Source: a virus
Virus record (IMG/VR): IMGVR_UViG_3300046535_000406
Coordinates: 45,498 to 109,497 of that record
Direction: 5' to 3' (one strand)
Length of the DNA: 64,000 bases
Shown: positions 1 through 14,100 of the stretch, one piece after another
Layout of the letters: each line of letters begins with the position of its first letter
How positions within the stretch are numbered: the first letter of the stretch is position 1
Position numbers and translations under genes: made by a program
Notes under the pieces: model-generated
The model's input: the letters and a program-made list of their open reading frames with translations, nothing else
What the model was told of the DNA's origin: nothing
The model's database searches: none

Positions 1-2170
1 GCACGGTCACCCAGTCGCCTTGGTGAAAGCCCGGTTGGACCTTGACCAGCGTCAGGTCCTTCGTCTCCTGAGTGAGGTTCGCCGTCATGGTCGTGACATG
101 GGCCGTCAGGCCGTCGGGAGAGAGGTAGTTCACGACGCCCTCGTCGCCGCCGTAGGTGAGCACGGAGTCGCCGACCTTGATCTGAGGCTTGGGCGTGAGC
201 TTCGCTGGGTTGTAGATTTTCGATGACGGGGCGTTGGGCGACGTGAGCGGGTCGAACGACACCTCGACGGTGGCCGAGTTGACTTGGGCGATCGTGCCGA
301 TGCCGTAGTCGTTCGTCAGCACCTTGTCGCCGACGGCAAACTTGGGCGCAGGCGTGGTCGCCGTGATCCAGCCCTTGTTCACGCTCTCCGGGACCAGCAC
401 GAATGGCGTGCCGTCCACGCCCATCGCCTGCACGTTGCCGGTCACCGGGAACAGCTTGGTGACGGTCAGGTTCTGGCCGCCATAGTTGACGTGTTCGCCG
501 ATGCGGAACGGCGCCGGGTTGGCGTTCTCCAACTCGCTCGGCTCGAACGTCACCTGTGTGGCGTGCTCGTCGTTCAGGATCACTTCGATGTCCAAGCCGT
601 CAGGCGAGATGGCCGTGATCGTGCCCGTCTCGCCGTCGAAGGCGCCACCGATCGCCTTCACGGTGACCTTGCCACCGACCTTGGGACCGACAGCCGCCGA
701 CAACTGGGAGGTTGGGAAGTAGCCCCATACGGGCTCGCCCGGGAACTCGACTCCCCACGTCATCTCGCCGTTCACGATCCCGTGGGTGCCCATGACGGTC
801 CCTGTCTTGCCGTTCACGCTGACGGTGTCTCCGGCCTTGGGGGTAAGCGGGCTCGGGACAGCGGCAGGCGTCAATGTGCCTGCCTTGGCAGAGACGATCA
901 CCTCGTTCTGGGCGAAGGTCCCCGTACTCCCATCGAGCATGGTCACGTCCATCATCTGGCCGTTCAGTGACACGTAGTTCACGGTGCCCATCTGCCCGCC
1001 GTACGTGGCGACATCGCCGGTGGCGTCGCCGCCGCCGGGCTTGACCACGATTTCGTCGCCCACCTTGGCGAGCACAGGCGGCGGAGCACCGACCAGCTTC
1101 AGGTTCACCTGCGGCGACTCAAGCCCCTGCGCTCCACCGAACCCCGGCCACTTCACATTGGCGGTCTTGGATACGTCGTTGATCGCCACGACCGTGCCGC
1201 CCTTGTATGCGGAGTTGCCGTTCATGTGGTCCACGATGTCGCCGACCTTCAGGCCAGCTGGCTCAGCCGGTTTCGCGAGCAGCATGTCCTTGCCGAAGAA
1301 GGGCAGGCCCGGCGCACCGGCAACGTGGTATTCGTCCACGCCGTCGATCGAGGCGATCACGTCCACCTTGCCGTTCGGGAGCACGACCTGATCGCCGATG
1401 CTGAAGGCCGCCTGCTTGGTGGGCTCGGCCACCTTCGTCACGCTGCCCGCCGGAACGATGTCGCCGGGCGCGAAGGTGTTGCCGATCGACAGCTGCACGT
1501 TGCCGTTGTCGAAGGTGTGCATGACCTTGGCGTACTTGCCGTCCGGCTTCAGCGCCCAGTCTCCGACCTTCAGGCCCTCGGGCGGGATCGGCGTGAAGGC
1601 CGGGACCACGCCCACCTTCACGGCGTGCTCGCCGTTCATGTCGGCCCAGAGATTGCCGTCTGAGTCCTTCACGTCGATCAGGCCGTTCGGCTTCACGGCC
1701 ATGACCTCGTACGTGGGCGGACCGGAGCCGACGAACTTCACCTTGTCGCCGACAGCCAGTGTCGTCGGCGGCGGCTCGATCACGCCCTTCGCGAAGGAGA
1801 CGGCAGGCGCGACCTTCGAGAGGTTGGGGTTGGTGGCGGCCTTGTGCACGACCGCGCCGGACTGGGTCGTGATCGTAAGCTCGCCGGACTGGCTGATCTG
1901 GGTGACGGTGCCGGTCTGCATGGGCGTGCCCAAGCTCGGCTTCCCCCACTGCACCTGATCCCCGAGGTTGTAGCCGCCCGCCTTACTGCCCGGGAAGACG
2001 ACGTTCGGGGTGGTCGCGGTGTAGGGCGTCACGTCCTCGGGCTTCAGCTTGAACGTCGTGCCGCTGACGGAGGTGACGCTCAGCTTCCCGTTGTGGTCCA
2101 CGGAGGTCACGAAGCCGTTCAGCCCCTTGCCCCAGACGATGTGATCGCCTGCCGCGTAGCTGCTTGCGAC
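1..2170 (-). repeat. Block B: >=13 tandem KOW/SH3-like protein repeats (continues off window)
   Basis: YAAGDHI, YNLGDQV, LAVGDKV, LKVGDWA, FSIGDQV, FAVGDKV, IKVGDSV, FHQGDWV etc. Confidence 0.75.
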
Positions 2171-5100
2171 GGTGGTGGCAGGGACCGGCTTGGGCGCTGA
2201 CTGGATCGTCGGCGCGATGCCGGGCGCAGCCTTGGCTTTGACTTCGTCGGCCTTCAGGTCCTTCAGCAGGGCCTCGGCGTCGAGTCGGCCCATCTTGATG
2301 TCGCCCTTGGTGGCAGCGGTGCCGTAGGCCACCTCGAACAGGTTGCGCAGGTCGAGCGGCATCCCGCCCACGATCGACGCCCGGACGACGGTGTATTCGA
2401 TGCCCGGCGTGGTTTCCATGGCCTCCGCCATGCGCTTCATGTGGGCCAGCAGCAGGGTGGGCGTGTAGTCGCCTTCGGCGCTTGACACCTCGATGCGCTG
2501 GCCGATCCGCCGCCACTGGACCTTCAGGGCCTGATTGCCGTCGCCGTAGATCGTCTCCTTCAGGGCCTTGTTGGCCGTGCCCGCGAGGTGCACCGGGTGG
2601 ATCGTCTGCTCGATGTCAGGGATCGACGCCAGAGCGATCGCCTGCGGGTCGTAGCCCTCGATGGTGCCGAGTGTCGAGAACGTCGGAGCGACCGGCGGTG
2701 GGGCGACGGTCACGATGGTGGGCGCCTGCCCATCGGCCACCAGCTTGTCCCGGATGGCCTGCACGTCCTCCGGCTTGAACGCCATGTCGTTGGTCTTGGA
2801 CAGCACGCCGCCGTACGCCTTCAGGGTGTCGCGCATCGACAGGCTGGTCGCGAGGAAGGCGTCGGAGTCAATGCGCAGCCGGTACAGGGAAGGCGTCTTG
2901 TCGAACAGGTCCGCCGCGTGCTGGATGAACGCGAACGCGACGTTGTCCGCGATGTGCTCGGATGGCGCGGTCAGCTTCAGAAGCTCCACCCGGTTGCCCA
3001 GTCGGCGGTAGTCGAGCGAGGAACCGCCGCCCCAGACGACGTGCTTGACGCTCGTGTTGGCACCCGACAGGTAGGCCGCCTTCTCGTTCGTCTCCACGCC
3101 CCAGTGCATGGCGAAGTTGTCCACCACGGCGGGGTCGTATCCGGGCACTGAGCCGAAGGCGAGCGTCACCGGGACAGCGTTGGTCGCGGCTCCCACCTCG
3201 GAGTCGAGGTCGGACACGATCTGGTCCACGTCGGACTTCAGCAGCTTCTGGCTCGGGTCCCAGCCAGCCTCCTCCAACCATGTGCGCACGGGACCCGGTT
3301 CGAGGATCGGCCCCTTCAGGTTCAGGTGAGTCAAGGACGGCGTCGCGTCCATGTAGTCGTTGAACTTCCGCATCTGGGCGGCGAACACACCCAGCTGGTC
3401 GCCGGTGGTCTGCCATAGCTCCAAGCGGTTGCCGATGCGCCGCCACTCCGCCGTGCCGCCGTCGATCGCGCCGGTGCCGTAGTGCGTCTGCTTCATGGTC
3501 GTGTTGGCGCCCGACAGGAGCGAGTGGCCGCTGACCGACTTCTCGTACTGGACGGTGTAGAGGGACGCCGTCAGGGGGTCGTACGCGCCGACGGTGACGG
3601 GATTGGGCACTGCCAGCGTCGCGCCGGTCAGCACGCCCGTCTGGGGCGGCACAGGGAGCGCCTGTGGACTGGCGATGCCCGACGCCTGCTTGATGTCCTT
3701 GGCAAGCTGCTGGGCGTCTTCGTAGGGCAGGATGATGCGGGTCTGGGAGCCGCTGAGGTCCAGCGATCCGTTGTAGTGGTCGAGCAGCATGTTCTTCCAG
3801 TGCTCATCGATCACGGACAGCGCCTGATCCTCGTAGATGAGCTTCTGCCCGTAGCTCAGTGACTCACCGGCGTACTGGGTGACGACCATGAAGGTCGTGT
3901 TCTGCATGGCGATAGGCGAGGTCAGGTTCAGGATGCGCATCGGCTTGGTGGCGTTGGGCGGGTAGTCGAGCGTCCCGCCGATGTCGAACTTGCCCGCCTT
4001 CCATGACAGGCTGAGCGCGCCACCTCCGAGGGCCAGCGTGTCTGGGATGGCTCCGATGGCGGCTGCCATCTGGGCGATGTCCTCGGTGGCCCAGCCTGCG
4101 AAGTCAATCGACCCGGCGACCTTGGTGCCACCGGCTGCCAGCGATCCGACGGTGATCAGCTGGGTGTCCGTGGAGAGTTTCGTCGCGAGGTCCGTGGCCT
4201 GCGCAGCCGTCAGCGTCAACCAGCCGTACTGGCTCTCGACCGCGCCCGCCTGCTTCATCAGGTCGCTCAGCGTGGGCATGGCGTTGAGGAACGAGGTGGG
4301 CACGATCAGGTTCTTTGGCGCGATCTTCAGCGGGTCGAGCGGGAACGAGGCGATGCCGGACAGCGCGGCCAGATACGAGGCGTCGCTGCCCAGCGTCGTG
4401 CCGCCGATCGAGTAGAGGACCAGATCGCCTTGCAGGTTCTTCTTCATCGAGGCGTACAGGCCGCCGATCGCGCCGCCGACGGGCTTGACTTGGTACGCAG
4501 ACTCACCCGTGGCGAGTTGGGTCTGCCAGCCCTTGTCGAACTCAGCCTTGCTGACGCCCAGCTTCTGGAACAGGCCGCCGACTGCCCCCGGCGGACGGGT
4601 CATCTTCAGTGTCGCGGGGCTCGTCACGAGCGAAGTGCCGTCGGGGAGCTTCATCACGATCATCCCGCCGGACACGCCCTGCGGCGGAGTGATTTCGCTG
4701 ACCACGCCCGAGGAGCCTGACGGCGTCGTCACGTGGTCGCCGATCTTGAACGGATTGGTGGGTACGACAGGCGTCGGTGCGGCCCCGGCTGGCTTCACCA
4801 GCGCCCAGACAGGCCACTTGTCGATGTGGCCGTCGGCGTATTGGACGGTCGCGCCGTAGAAGTCGAGGCCAGTGATCGACTTGATTTCGACCTTGGTGCC
4901 GCTCGGCAGCAGGGCCGTGTCACCCACGTTCCACGTCAGGAACGGGTGCAGGTTCTTGGCGCTCACGTCCTGCGCGGTCGCGCCGTCGAGCTTGGTGACC
5001 GCGTACGTGCCGTTCGGGTGGATGGCAGAGATGATGCCGTCTTGGCCGTCGAGCGAGGACACGCCGGTGCCAGAGATGTGGACCTTGCCGTCGATCCGCA

Positions 5101-8100
5101 ATGGCGGGCCGTGCTGGACCATCACCACCTTGGCGTCGCCGATCCCATAGGCCGTGGTCGAGCCCCCGGTATCGACCGCGATGGTCAGGATGCCGTTCGG
5201 CGCGATCTGGGTGACCGTGCCGGTCAGGCCCTCGATTTCGACCTTGGCCCCCACGGTGATGCCCGCAGGCACCCCGCCGGGAGCCATGACGCCGGGCGCC
5301 GTACCCGGAGCGGGCGCCAACTCCTCGGCCTTGAACGAGACATAGGGAGCGCCGGGCAGCGCCACGTCGTAATACGTCTCGCCGGACGAGAGCAGCCCCA
5401 CGTGGGTGATCGAGCCGACCTGCCCGCTGAACGCAGCGCCCTTGGTGACCAGCACCGCATCGCCGACCTTGAACGGCTCGGTAGTCGCTGCCGGGACCCG
5501 CGCCAGTTCCGTCGGTGCGACGGGGAAGGCGTTGGCCGCAGCGCCCTTGACGGTGATCAGGCCGCTGGGCGAGACTGCTTGGATGGTCACCTGCTCCGGG
5601 TGGGCGAAGCCGGGTGGCTGCCAGAGAGCCTGATCGCCGACCTTCCACGGCTCGGCAGCAGTCGTCACGGCACCCGTGCCCGGCGTAAGGCCCGGGTACT
5701 TGCCGAGCTTCAGGTCCTTCTGAACCTCGGAGACGGGGCTGGTGAACTTCGCGCCGCCCGTGACGGCGATGACTTGGTTCGCGTCGATGGTCTGGACGAT
5801 CGCTCCGTGTTGGAGCTTGTCGCCGACCTTCACCACGTTGTCCGGGTTAGCCCACGCCCAAGCCTCGCTGCCGACAGCCTTGACCTGTATCTGGACCGGC
5901 GTGATCCCGGTGTCGATCTTGGTGATCGTGGCGTGGCCCAGCGTCGGGTGGATGACCGCGTCGCCCACCTGCGGAGCCACCGAGGACAACTCGCCGACGG
6001 TGAAGCTCTTGTAGGCGCCGGACGGCAGGGTCACCTCGATCACGTCACCGGGCAGGACCTTGTTGACCTTGCCCACGCCGAACGCGGTCTTCACCACGTC
6101 GCCCTGCACGAAGGTGGTGACGGCGGCCACGGGGGTGGCTGTTCCGACCGCCCACGCCGGGCTGCTGAAGCCGGGTTTCACGAGCGACGACACGGCCATC
6201 CACGTGGTCGAGCCATCCGGAAGCTCCACGAGCGCGAGTGTCCCGACCGGGTCGATGGTCTGAACGGTGACCATCTGGCCCTTGCCGCTGATCTGCTCGA
6301 TGACCGTGTCGCCGACCTTCAGCGGCGGCTGGGTCACGCCGACATCCGGTACGTGCTTCAGGCCAACGGTGGTCGGGTCGATCAGCAGCCCCGCTCCCGC
6401 TCCGGGCGAGATGTCCCACGTGATGCCGACCTTGCCGTCCGCCACGTTCGTGATCGTGCCGGTGGCGTCCCACATATTCGCGACGTGATCCCCGACCTTG
6501 AACGTGGCCGACGGCTCGACGTGCTTCAGCATGACGTTCGGGTGCGTGGGATCGAAGGCGGTGCTCGTGATGCCGCTGTCCCACGTGACGGTCACCTTGC
6601 CTGCGTCTGGGAACACGGCAGCGATCACGCCCTTGGTGCCAGAGAGGCCGCCGGACTGGACCTTGTCGCCGACGCGGAAGCCAGCAGCAGAGGGAGCCGC
6701 AGGCGCAGTAGGCGCACCGAGCGACCCGGTCTTGGTGAGGGGAACGCCGAGCGTCGTCGCGTTGGGGTCCACGTGGATGGAGGGTGAGGTTCCAGTGGCC
6801 CAGTGCACGTCGATGAAGCCATCGGCATGGACGAACGTCACCGCGCCCTTCACGCCTGCGCCGTTGACGAGCGTGTCGCCGACCTCCCACGCGGGCTGCG
6901 ACCCGATGAACGTCAGGTTCGCGTTCCATGGCTCGGTCGCGAACAGCTTGCCATCGGCGGTGGTCTTCAGGAACAGGATGTCCGGCTCGATCTTGGTGAT
7001 CGAGCCCTCGTTGCCGAGATAGTTGACGAGGTCGCCGATCTGCCATTGGTGGGCCAGCGACAGGTCGGCGATCGAGAAGGTCTGCTCCCCGAAGCCGATC
7101 TTCACGAGGGCCTTCTGCCCATCGGCGCTGATCGAGGCGATCAGGGCGGGCTTGTTGTCGAGGGTGTGCACCATGTCGCCGGGCTTCAGCGACGTGATCG
7201 CCTTCACGATCGGCTTCAGCTGGTCCGCGAGGAAGTAGCTCGTCACGCTCGGGAACTTCACGTAGAACGTGCCGCCCGCCACGGCATCGATCACCGTGCC
7301 GATCCCATAGGTCGCGTGGAGCACGGTGTCGCCGATCGCGAACGCTGCCGGGGCGACCGAGGCGACCGCCGCCACGTCGGTCAGGTCGTTCAGCAGCGAA
7401 TGGACGAGGCCGATGGTGTTGGGGCGGCTGAGTATCCAGCCACCGAGCACGCTCGACGGCTTCAGCCCGGCAGCCGTGAGCATCTGCTTGGTCTTGTCGC
7501 CCAGCACGTTCATAACCGCGTCATCGATGCGGACCGCGAGGTGGTTGACCCCGTACAGGGCGGGGTTCTGCATCACGCCCGCGAAGTATTGGAGTTGCCC
7601 CACCAGCGCCGCCGCCACGTCAGGCTCGCTTACGTTCTCGCCGGTGATCACTTGGTTCAGCCGGAGGTTGCCGTTGGGCGACGTGTCCCAGTAGAACTCC
7701 ACGTCGCCGCCCTTGCTGGTCGTCCACACCTGCTTCTGCGGGTGCGACTTCAGGTCAGGGCCGTCAGGCGTCGGGATGCCGGTCCCGGTGCCGTTGACGA
7801 AGTTGTACGCCTCGTGCTGGTCGAAGCCCCACTTCTCGCCGATGCCCGTGGTGCCTTGGGCCGACAGCTTGTTCGGCGTGGCCGTGACCACGTGGCCCAG
7901 CGTCTGATCGAGCGACTTGGCCTGCGCAGCAGGGTGCATGGCAGCCGTGGTGATCCCGGGTGGCGGCAGCAGTGACGTGATCGAGACGTTCTGGTCGGTG
8001 GCCTTCCGGAGCAGCTGAAGCTGCGGAGCGTCAAGCCGCCACGAGCCACCCTCGCTCTTGCTGCCGAGCACGGTGAACAGGTCCGCCAGCTTGGCCGTCT

Positions 8101-11100
8101 CGGTGGTGGAGACGGTGACTTCGACCTCCATGCCCTTGTCGGCCTGTCGCAGGATTTCCTTCAGCAGGATCGCCCGGCGCGTCTCGATGCCGGTGACCTT
8201 CCACTCGGGCACGCCCATGCGGACGAAGCTGCTGGCCGCGTTCGGGTAGAACAGGTTGATGGGCTGATCGGTGGTGCCGATCTTCCAGTGCACGCTGCTC
8301 AGGACTTCGTCCGGTGCCTTGCCTTCGCTGACGAACAGCGAGGTGTCCCATGCGGGCTTGGCGACGCCGTACGTCTCGAAGAACGGGTCCGCCGGAGCCT
8401 CCACGCCATGGGTGGCGAAGTGCGTTGGCGTGTTCGTGCCGACGATCTGTCCCACGGCGATGGTCGGGTCAGCCGGTCCCAGCTTGGCCGCGAGGGTGTC
8501 AGTGACAGCCGGTGTCAGTGTCAGTGTCGGGGCGTCAGCCGACAGGGCGGTGGGATCGGCCATGATCTTGGCGACCTTCACCGCATCGCCGTTGCCGATC
8601 AGCAGGGTCTTGCCGAAGCCGGGCACCTCGCCCGGGATGCCCAGCAGGGCGAAGTCAGCCTTGCCGAAGCCCATGGAGCCCTCGATCGAGAGGTCCCAGC
8701 CCTTGGGCAGGTTGGTCACCATGGCGAGCATCGCGTTGGCCCGAAGCTGGGCCATGGCCGGATCAGCCGCCGCCACCAGCACGCCGCTGTCGTTCTTGAA
8801 CGCCGTCAGCACCCAGCGACGTGTCTTGGCCGCTTCGTCGTCGCGGAAGAACACCGAGGACGTGCCATCTGGTCCGCCCGGAAGCTCGACCTTCATCAGC
8901 CCGGTCGGCATCGAGGTGGGCGTCCAGACGCCAGCCGATGCCTCAGCGATCTGGGGGTCGTACCCCAGTTGCTCGTGGAGGAACGGCGATCCGCCACTCA
9001 CGTCATCGGGGGACATGCCCAGCAGGCGGGCAGGCGGCTCGGTGATCGGAGGCGCGACCGGCGGCAGGCCAGCCTGTTCGAGGTAGGAGTCGAGCACCTT
9101 GGTGTCGCGGGAGTCGGGCTTGTCGTAGCGCAGCAGGACCGGGCGCACCTCGGACGGAGTGCCCAGTCTTACGCTGTACGTCTCCTTGATCGTCTTGGCC
9201 CACGCCGGACCGCCGCCTGTCCGGTGGGCCACGTAGTAGCGGGTGATCGAGCCGTTGTCGGTGGCGGTGAAGTCACCGAGGTACTTGTCAAGCTCCACGC
9301 TGAAGCCCATTTCCTCACGGGCCTCGCGCACGGCAGCCTGCGCGGTCGTCTCGTTCAGGTCCACGCCGCCCTTGGCGAAGGTGTTCTCGTAGCCCGCCCA
9401 GCGGTTGCGCGGGGAGATGATCCACATGCGGCCATCGGGCTCGACCAGCACCACGCCTGCACGGAGGCTGTGTGTGCCCTTCTTTGCCACGTCGTAGGCG
9501 TCGATCGTGTCCAGCTGCTTCTGGCTGTAGCCCAGCGTGTCCTTCCAGAACGCATCGCTGTTGGTGTCGAGCCCACCCTTGACGGCCTTGTCCAGCGCAT
9601 CGAGGTCGGCCTTGGACTTGGCCGCGTAATACTGGCTGCCGATCTTCTGCTCGAACAGGCCAGCCTTCTTTGCGGCGTCCGACTCGGCTTGGCTCCACGT
9701 GATCGCGTACTTGGCCTCGCCCGACTGGACGGCCTCCCAGCGCAGCCACGCCTTGTCGGCGGCCTCGCGCATGTCCTTCAGCTGCCAGTCCGCCACGGCG
9801 CCTTCAGGCAGCGGAGGCTCCTCGGGCACATGGCCGGTCCAGTCAACCGGCGGCGTGTTCAGCGGAGCGATCCCTTCGACGGGGATGGGCTCCACCGTGG
9901 TGCCGGGTTCGAGCACCGGCGCCTTCTCATCGATCTTGAACGTCAGCCCGTCGAACGGCGTGTCAGGCTTTGGCGGGGCCGTGAACGACTTGAACGGGAC
10001 GCCCGTGTATTGGTAGCCCGGCACGACCCCGGTGTCCGGCACGAGGTCTACGACCGAGACGTTCTCGGCCAGCCCAAGCTCCTTGCCGTCGGTGACGCGC
10101 ACGATCCGCCAGCGCAGGTTGCGCGGCAACTGGACCTGATAGGTGGCCTCGCCTGCGCTGAGCCGGAAGCCCTTGGGCACGTGCATTCGCTGGACCACCC
10201 CGCCGGGGATCGCGAAGTTGTACGCCTTGTTGCCGCTGCTCGTGGCGAACGGGATGGCCTTGTCCACGTAGCTGTCGCCGACCTTGCCCAGCGCGCCCGC
10301 CTTCAGGCTCTGGCCTCGGTACAGGATGCCCGGGGCCGTCGTCTCGGCTTGGGTGGACAGGCGGTCGTAGTAGTCGAGCAGGTCCTTGCCCTTGACCATG
10401 GTTCCATCGACCGACTGGTCGGCGACGTGCTCCCCTGCGCGAAGGGACTTGTTGATGGCGCCCGTGTCCACCGCGTTCCACTCGGCGGCGTCCGCGATGG
10501 GCTTCAGGTTCGGTTCCAGCCACCACTCGTCCTTCGGGTTCAGCAGCTGGGTGACGATGCCAGCCGAGCCCTCCGGCGCAAACTCGGCGGCGGTGGGCGC
10601 TGGCGGCAGTGGCACTTCTGGCTTGGACCACTGCGGCGTGAGCTTCTTGTCCCAGAGCGTCGCCGCAGCCGGTAGCACCTCGGTGGGCGCCTCGAACGTG
10701 CTGCCCTTGATGAGCCACACCTGCCAGTCGGTGGGCACGACGGACACGTCCTTCTTCCACAGCGTCGCCATGTTCCGGATCAGCTTGGTGGCGCCTTCGC
10801 GCTCAGCCTCGGGCAGAGCGAGCACGGCGTCGCGCACCGCCTGCGGCGTGTTGTTCTTGAAGAAGCCGGTGTCCTTGGGCTTCATCACGTCCGTCAGGTT
10901 CACGCTCGGCAGGTCCTGCGGAGAGAAGCCCAGCAGCGGATCGGCTGGCTTGGCCGGGTAGAACTTGTCGAAGATCGCGGCCAGCTGCTTCGTCTCGGGC
11001 TGGTTCATCCCCTCGATGGCGCCCGCGAACGTCTCGGCCCATAGCTCGTGCTGGTTCGAGCGGGCGTACTTCGAGATGTGCGTCGTCTTCAGGGCAGGCC

Positions 11101-14100
11101 AGAGGGTTGACTTCAGCCACGGCTCCAACTCCTGCCGCACCGGCGCGTAGCGATCCGCGCCCAGCCGCGAGTGGAGGTTCATGCCCAGCCATTCGTGGCC
11201 CATCTCGTGGGTCACCACGTCGGAGGCCCACTCGTCGGCGTTGGTCGCGATCTGGCCGCCGACGCTGAACGGGACGTTGGCCTTGTCCCGCAGGAACGCC
11301 TTCTGCAAGGCCGTCGAGTCGGTGAACATGGCGCGGTTCAGGAACACCTTGGAGCCGGGCACGTTGGGGTCGATGCGGGCCACTTCGGCGATCGTGCCCT
11401 TGCCCGGCGCGTAGGTGCGCAGCGCGACGCCACGGAAGCTGGGGATCGTGCCGAAGCGGCTGAACAGCATGTCCATGCGCTTCGCCAGCACCTTGCCGGT
11501 GTCAAACGGCACTTCGAGCAGGCCGCTCCAATCCGTGCCCGGGTAGCGGGCCTCCATGCGCGCCACAAGCTCGGACACGTTGGTGACCTCGGACACGGTC
11601 GCGCCCAGATCAGCCGGTGGCGTGTACGGGAAGGTGCCGCCGTCATCGAGCCACGCCTTCCACGCTGCGCTCGGGTGGTCGGCGATGGTGGTGCGATCTG
11701 CGAACAGGTCCTCGACCGATTGACGCAGGTTGTGCTTGCGGCTCAGCAGGTCGGCCTTGGCGGCGTCCGTGGTGAGCGCGTCACCGACGGCGTTCAGCAA
11801 CTGCTGGTCGGTGACGCCATCGAAGCGATCGAGCGTGGTCGCCACGTCCTGTGGGGTGAGGCGCAGCAGCAGGTCCGGGGAGTGGTCGATCCTGCCGAAC
11901 ATCGACGCATCAGCCCGCTCATAGAAGTCCGTCAGGGATGGCGTCAGGCCGGAGCCCAGCCGGTCGAAGCCGTAGCCCTTGTCGATCGCCCACACGCGCC
12001 CGGAGTCGTAGAGGTAGTTCCCGCCGTGGCCGTCGGCGTTGTGGATCAGGTAGTCAACGAGCCCGTGGCCGAACAGCTGCCGTTCCTCGTCGTGGCCCAG
12101 CACCCGGGCCAGCGTGGCGGCGTCGGGCGCTCGGACCCAGTAGCTCTGGGCGGTGCGAGGCACGAGTGCCTGCCACGCATACCACGGGTTGTCGCCGGTG
12201 CCGAACGCGATCCGCGCAACCGGCGGAGCATCGAGGCCAAACAGGGTGGTGACGCGGGAGCCTGCGACTTCCTCCGAGACGCCGTAGGGCTTCAGCAGGA
12301 ACTCCTGCCCGGTCGGGTCCTTCAGCAGGACACGCGGCGTGGTGCCCTTGCCCAGCTTGTCCGCGCTGCCCCACTTCCAGCCGGGCAGCAGGCCGCCGGT
12401 GCCCCACTTGCTCGGGTCAACGAGCACCTGCTCGGTCGGGAAGGCGCCGAACTTGGTGACCGGGAACGTAATCTCGGGCGTGTGCCACACACCCCCTTCG
12501 CGCATCAGCGACCACGCCTCGGTGTCACCGGCCAGCGTGCCGGGAATGTAGTCGGGCCGGGTCATGGCGGTGAACGCCTCGGCCCAGAACTCCTCGTCCG
12601 AGGTGTCGGCGTAGGACTTCAGCTTCAGCAGGTTGTCGCCCCGGAAGTCAGCCTTGAACGTGTTCCAGCGATCAGCGCCCAGTCGCTGAGAGAGGCGGTT
12701 CGACACGAGGTGGCCGTACTCGTGAGCCCATGCGTCGCCGAAGGTGTTCGAGACGGTGATCTTCCCGGCCAGCCCCATCTCGGGTTCGAGGTTGATGCGC
12801 CCGTCGCTGAAGGCTCGGCCCGCGTAGCCCACGCCGTCGCTTGACTCGATCACGGACAGCGCGCTGTTCAGGGAGCGGTCGATGCCCAGCTGGTCGAATA
12901 GCTCGGCCTTGGCTCGCAGCATGTCCCACTGGGCAGACGAGAACGCCTCGCCCGCGAGGTTCTTCATGCCCGGGAACAGGGCCATGGCGTCGGCCATGGG
13001 GTGCTCCGGCGACGGCTCGAAGGCGGTCTGGACGATGGCGTTGGCGTTGCTGACGTGCGGCTCCGCCGCAAGGGCGCGGAAGCTGGGCATCTCCGGCATC
13101 TCGCGCATCCACGTCAACTGCGGCCCGGGCAGGATCGGGTGCTCGGTGAAGATCGAGGCTCCGGCGGCGATCGTGTCGGGGATGCGCTGTGCCAGCGGTA
13201 GCTCGGCGGACACCGCGCCCAGCCCGTTCAGGAAGTCGGCCAGCCCCTGATTGACCAGCCGGTTGTCGAACTGAAGGCTGAGCCCGCGCTCTGCTGCGCT
13301 CTGAGCGGCCCAGCGGATGGCCGCCACGGTCATTTCCGGCTCGAAGGTGTGTGAAGACGCACCCGTCATCGCGCCGGTGATGAAGCGCAGGTTCTTGGCG
13401 TCCTCCTGATAGACGGCGGAGTAGGTGTTGTCGCCCAGCGCGAACTTCTGGACCAGCACCGGACCGACGCCCGGCTCGCGTATCCCATCCCGAATGTACG
13501 GAGCGTGCAGATCGGGCGGGTGCTTCAGCCACGCAAGCTCCTCGGGCAGGGCCAGCGCCGGGGCGTCAACGACGATCTGGGAGGCCACGTCGGTGTCCCA
13601 CGTGAAGGCGTTCTGGTCGGCCACCGGCTGCTGCGACGGACCGTAGTCAGGCAGGTCGCCCAGCAGCGACGCCACCGGGATGGGCGTGCCGCAGGCGTCG
13701 GCCTCCTTGATCCACACGAGGTTGATCGGTCCCTCGGTGACCATGGACTCGGCGAAGTCGGAGATGCCTGCCAGCGGGTCGCCGCAGACGGTGTCGGGCA
13801 CGTCGTACTCGAAGCGGCACTTGCAGTTGAGTCCGCACTGGGTGTGGCCGGAGCCCGGGAACAGGCCCATGCTCATCAGCGCGTCGTAGCTGTACGGGCT
13901 CATGTCCGATAGCTCGATGCAGTCGTCGCAGTGGTCCGCGTCGCCCAGCGTCCACCAGACTTGGATGATCTGGCCCATGGGCGTCGGCGAGAACACGTGA
14001 TCCTGACCGATGGCCGACTGCACGTTCGCCACGTCGGCAACCGTCTGGGCCGTGGGTGTGGCGCCCGTCACGGGCGCGATGTTGTCGCCCACTCGGAAGG

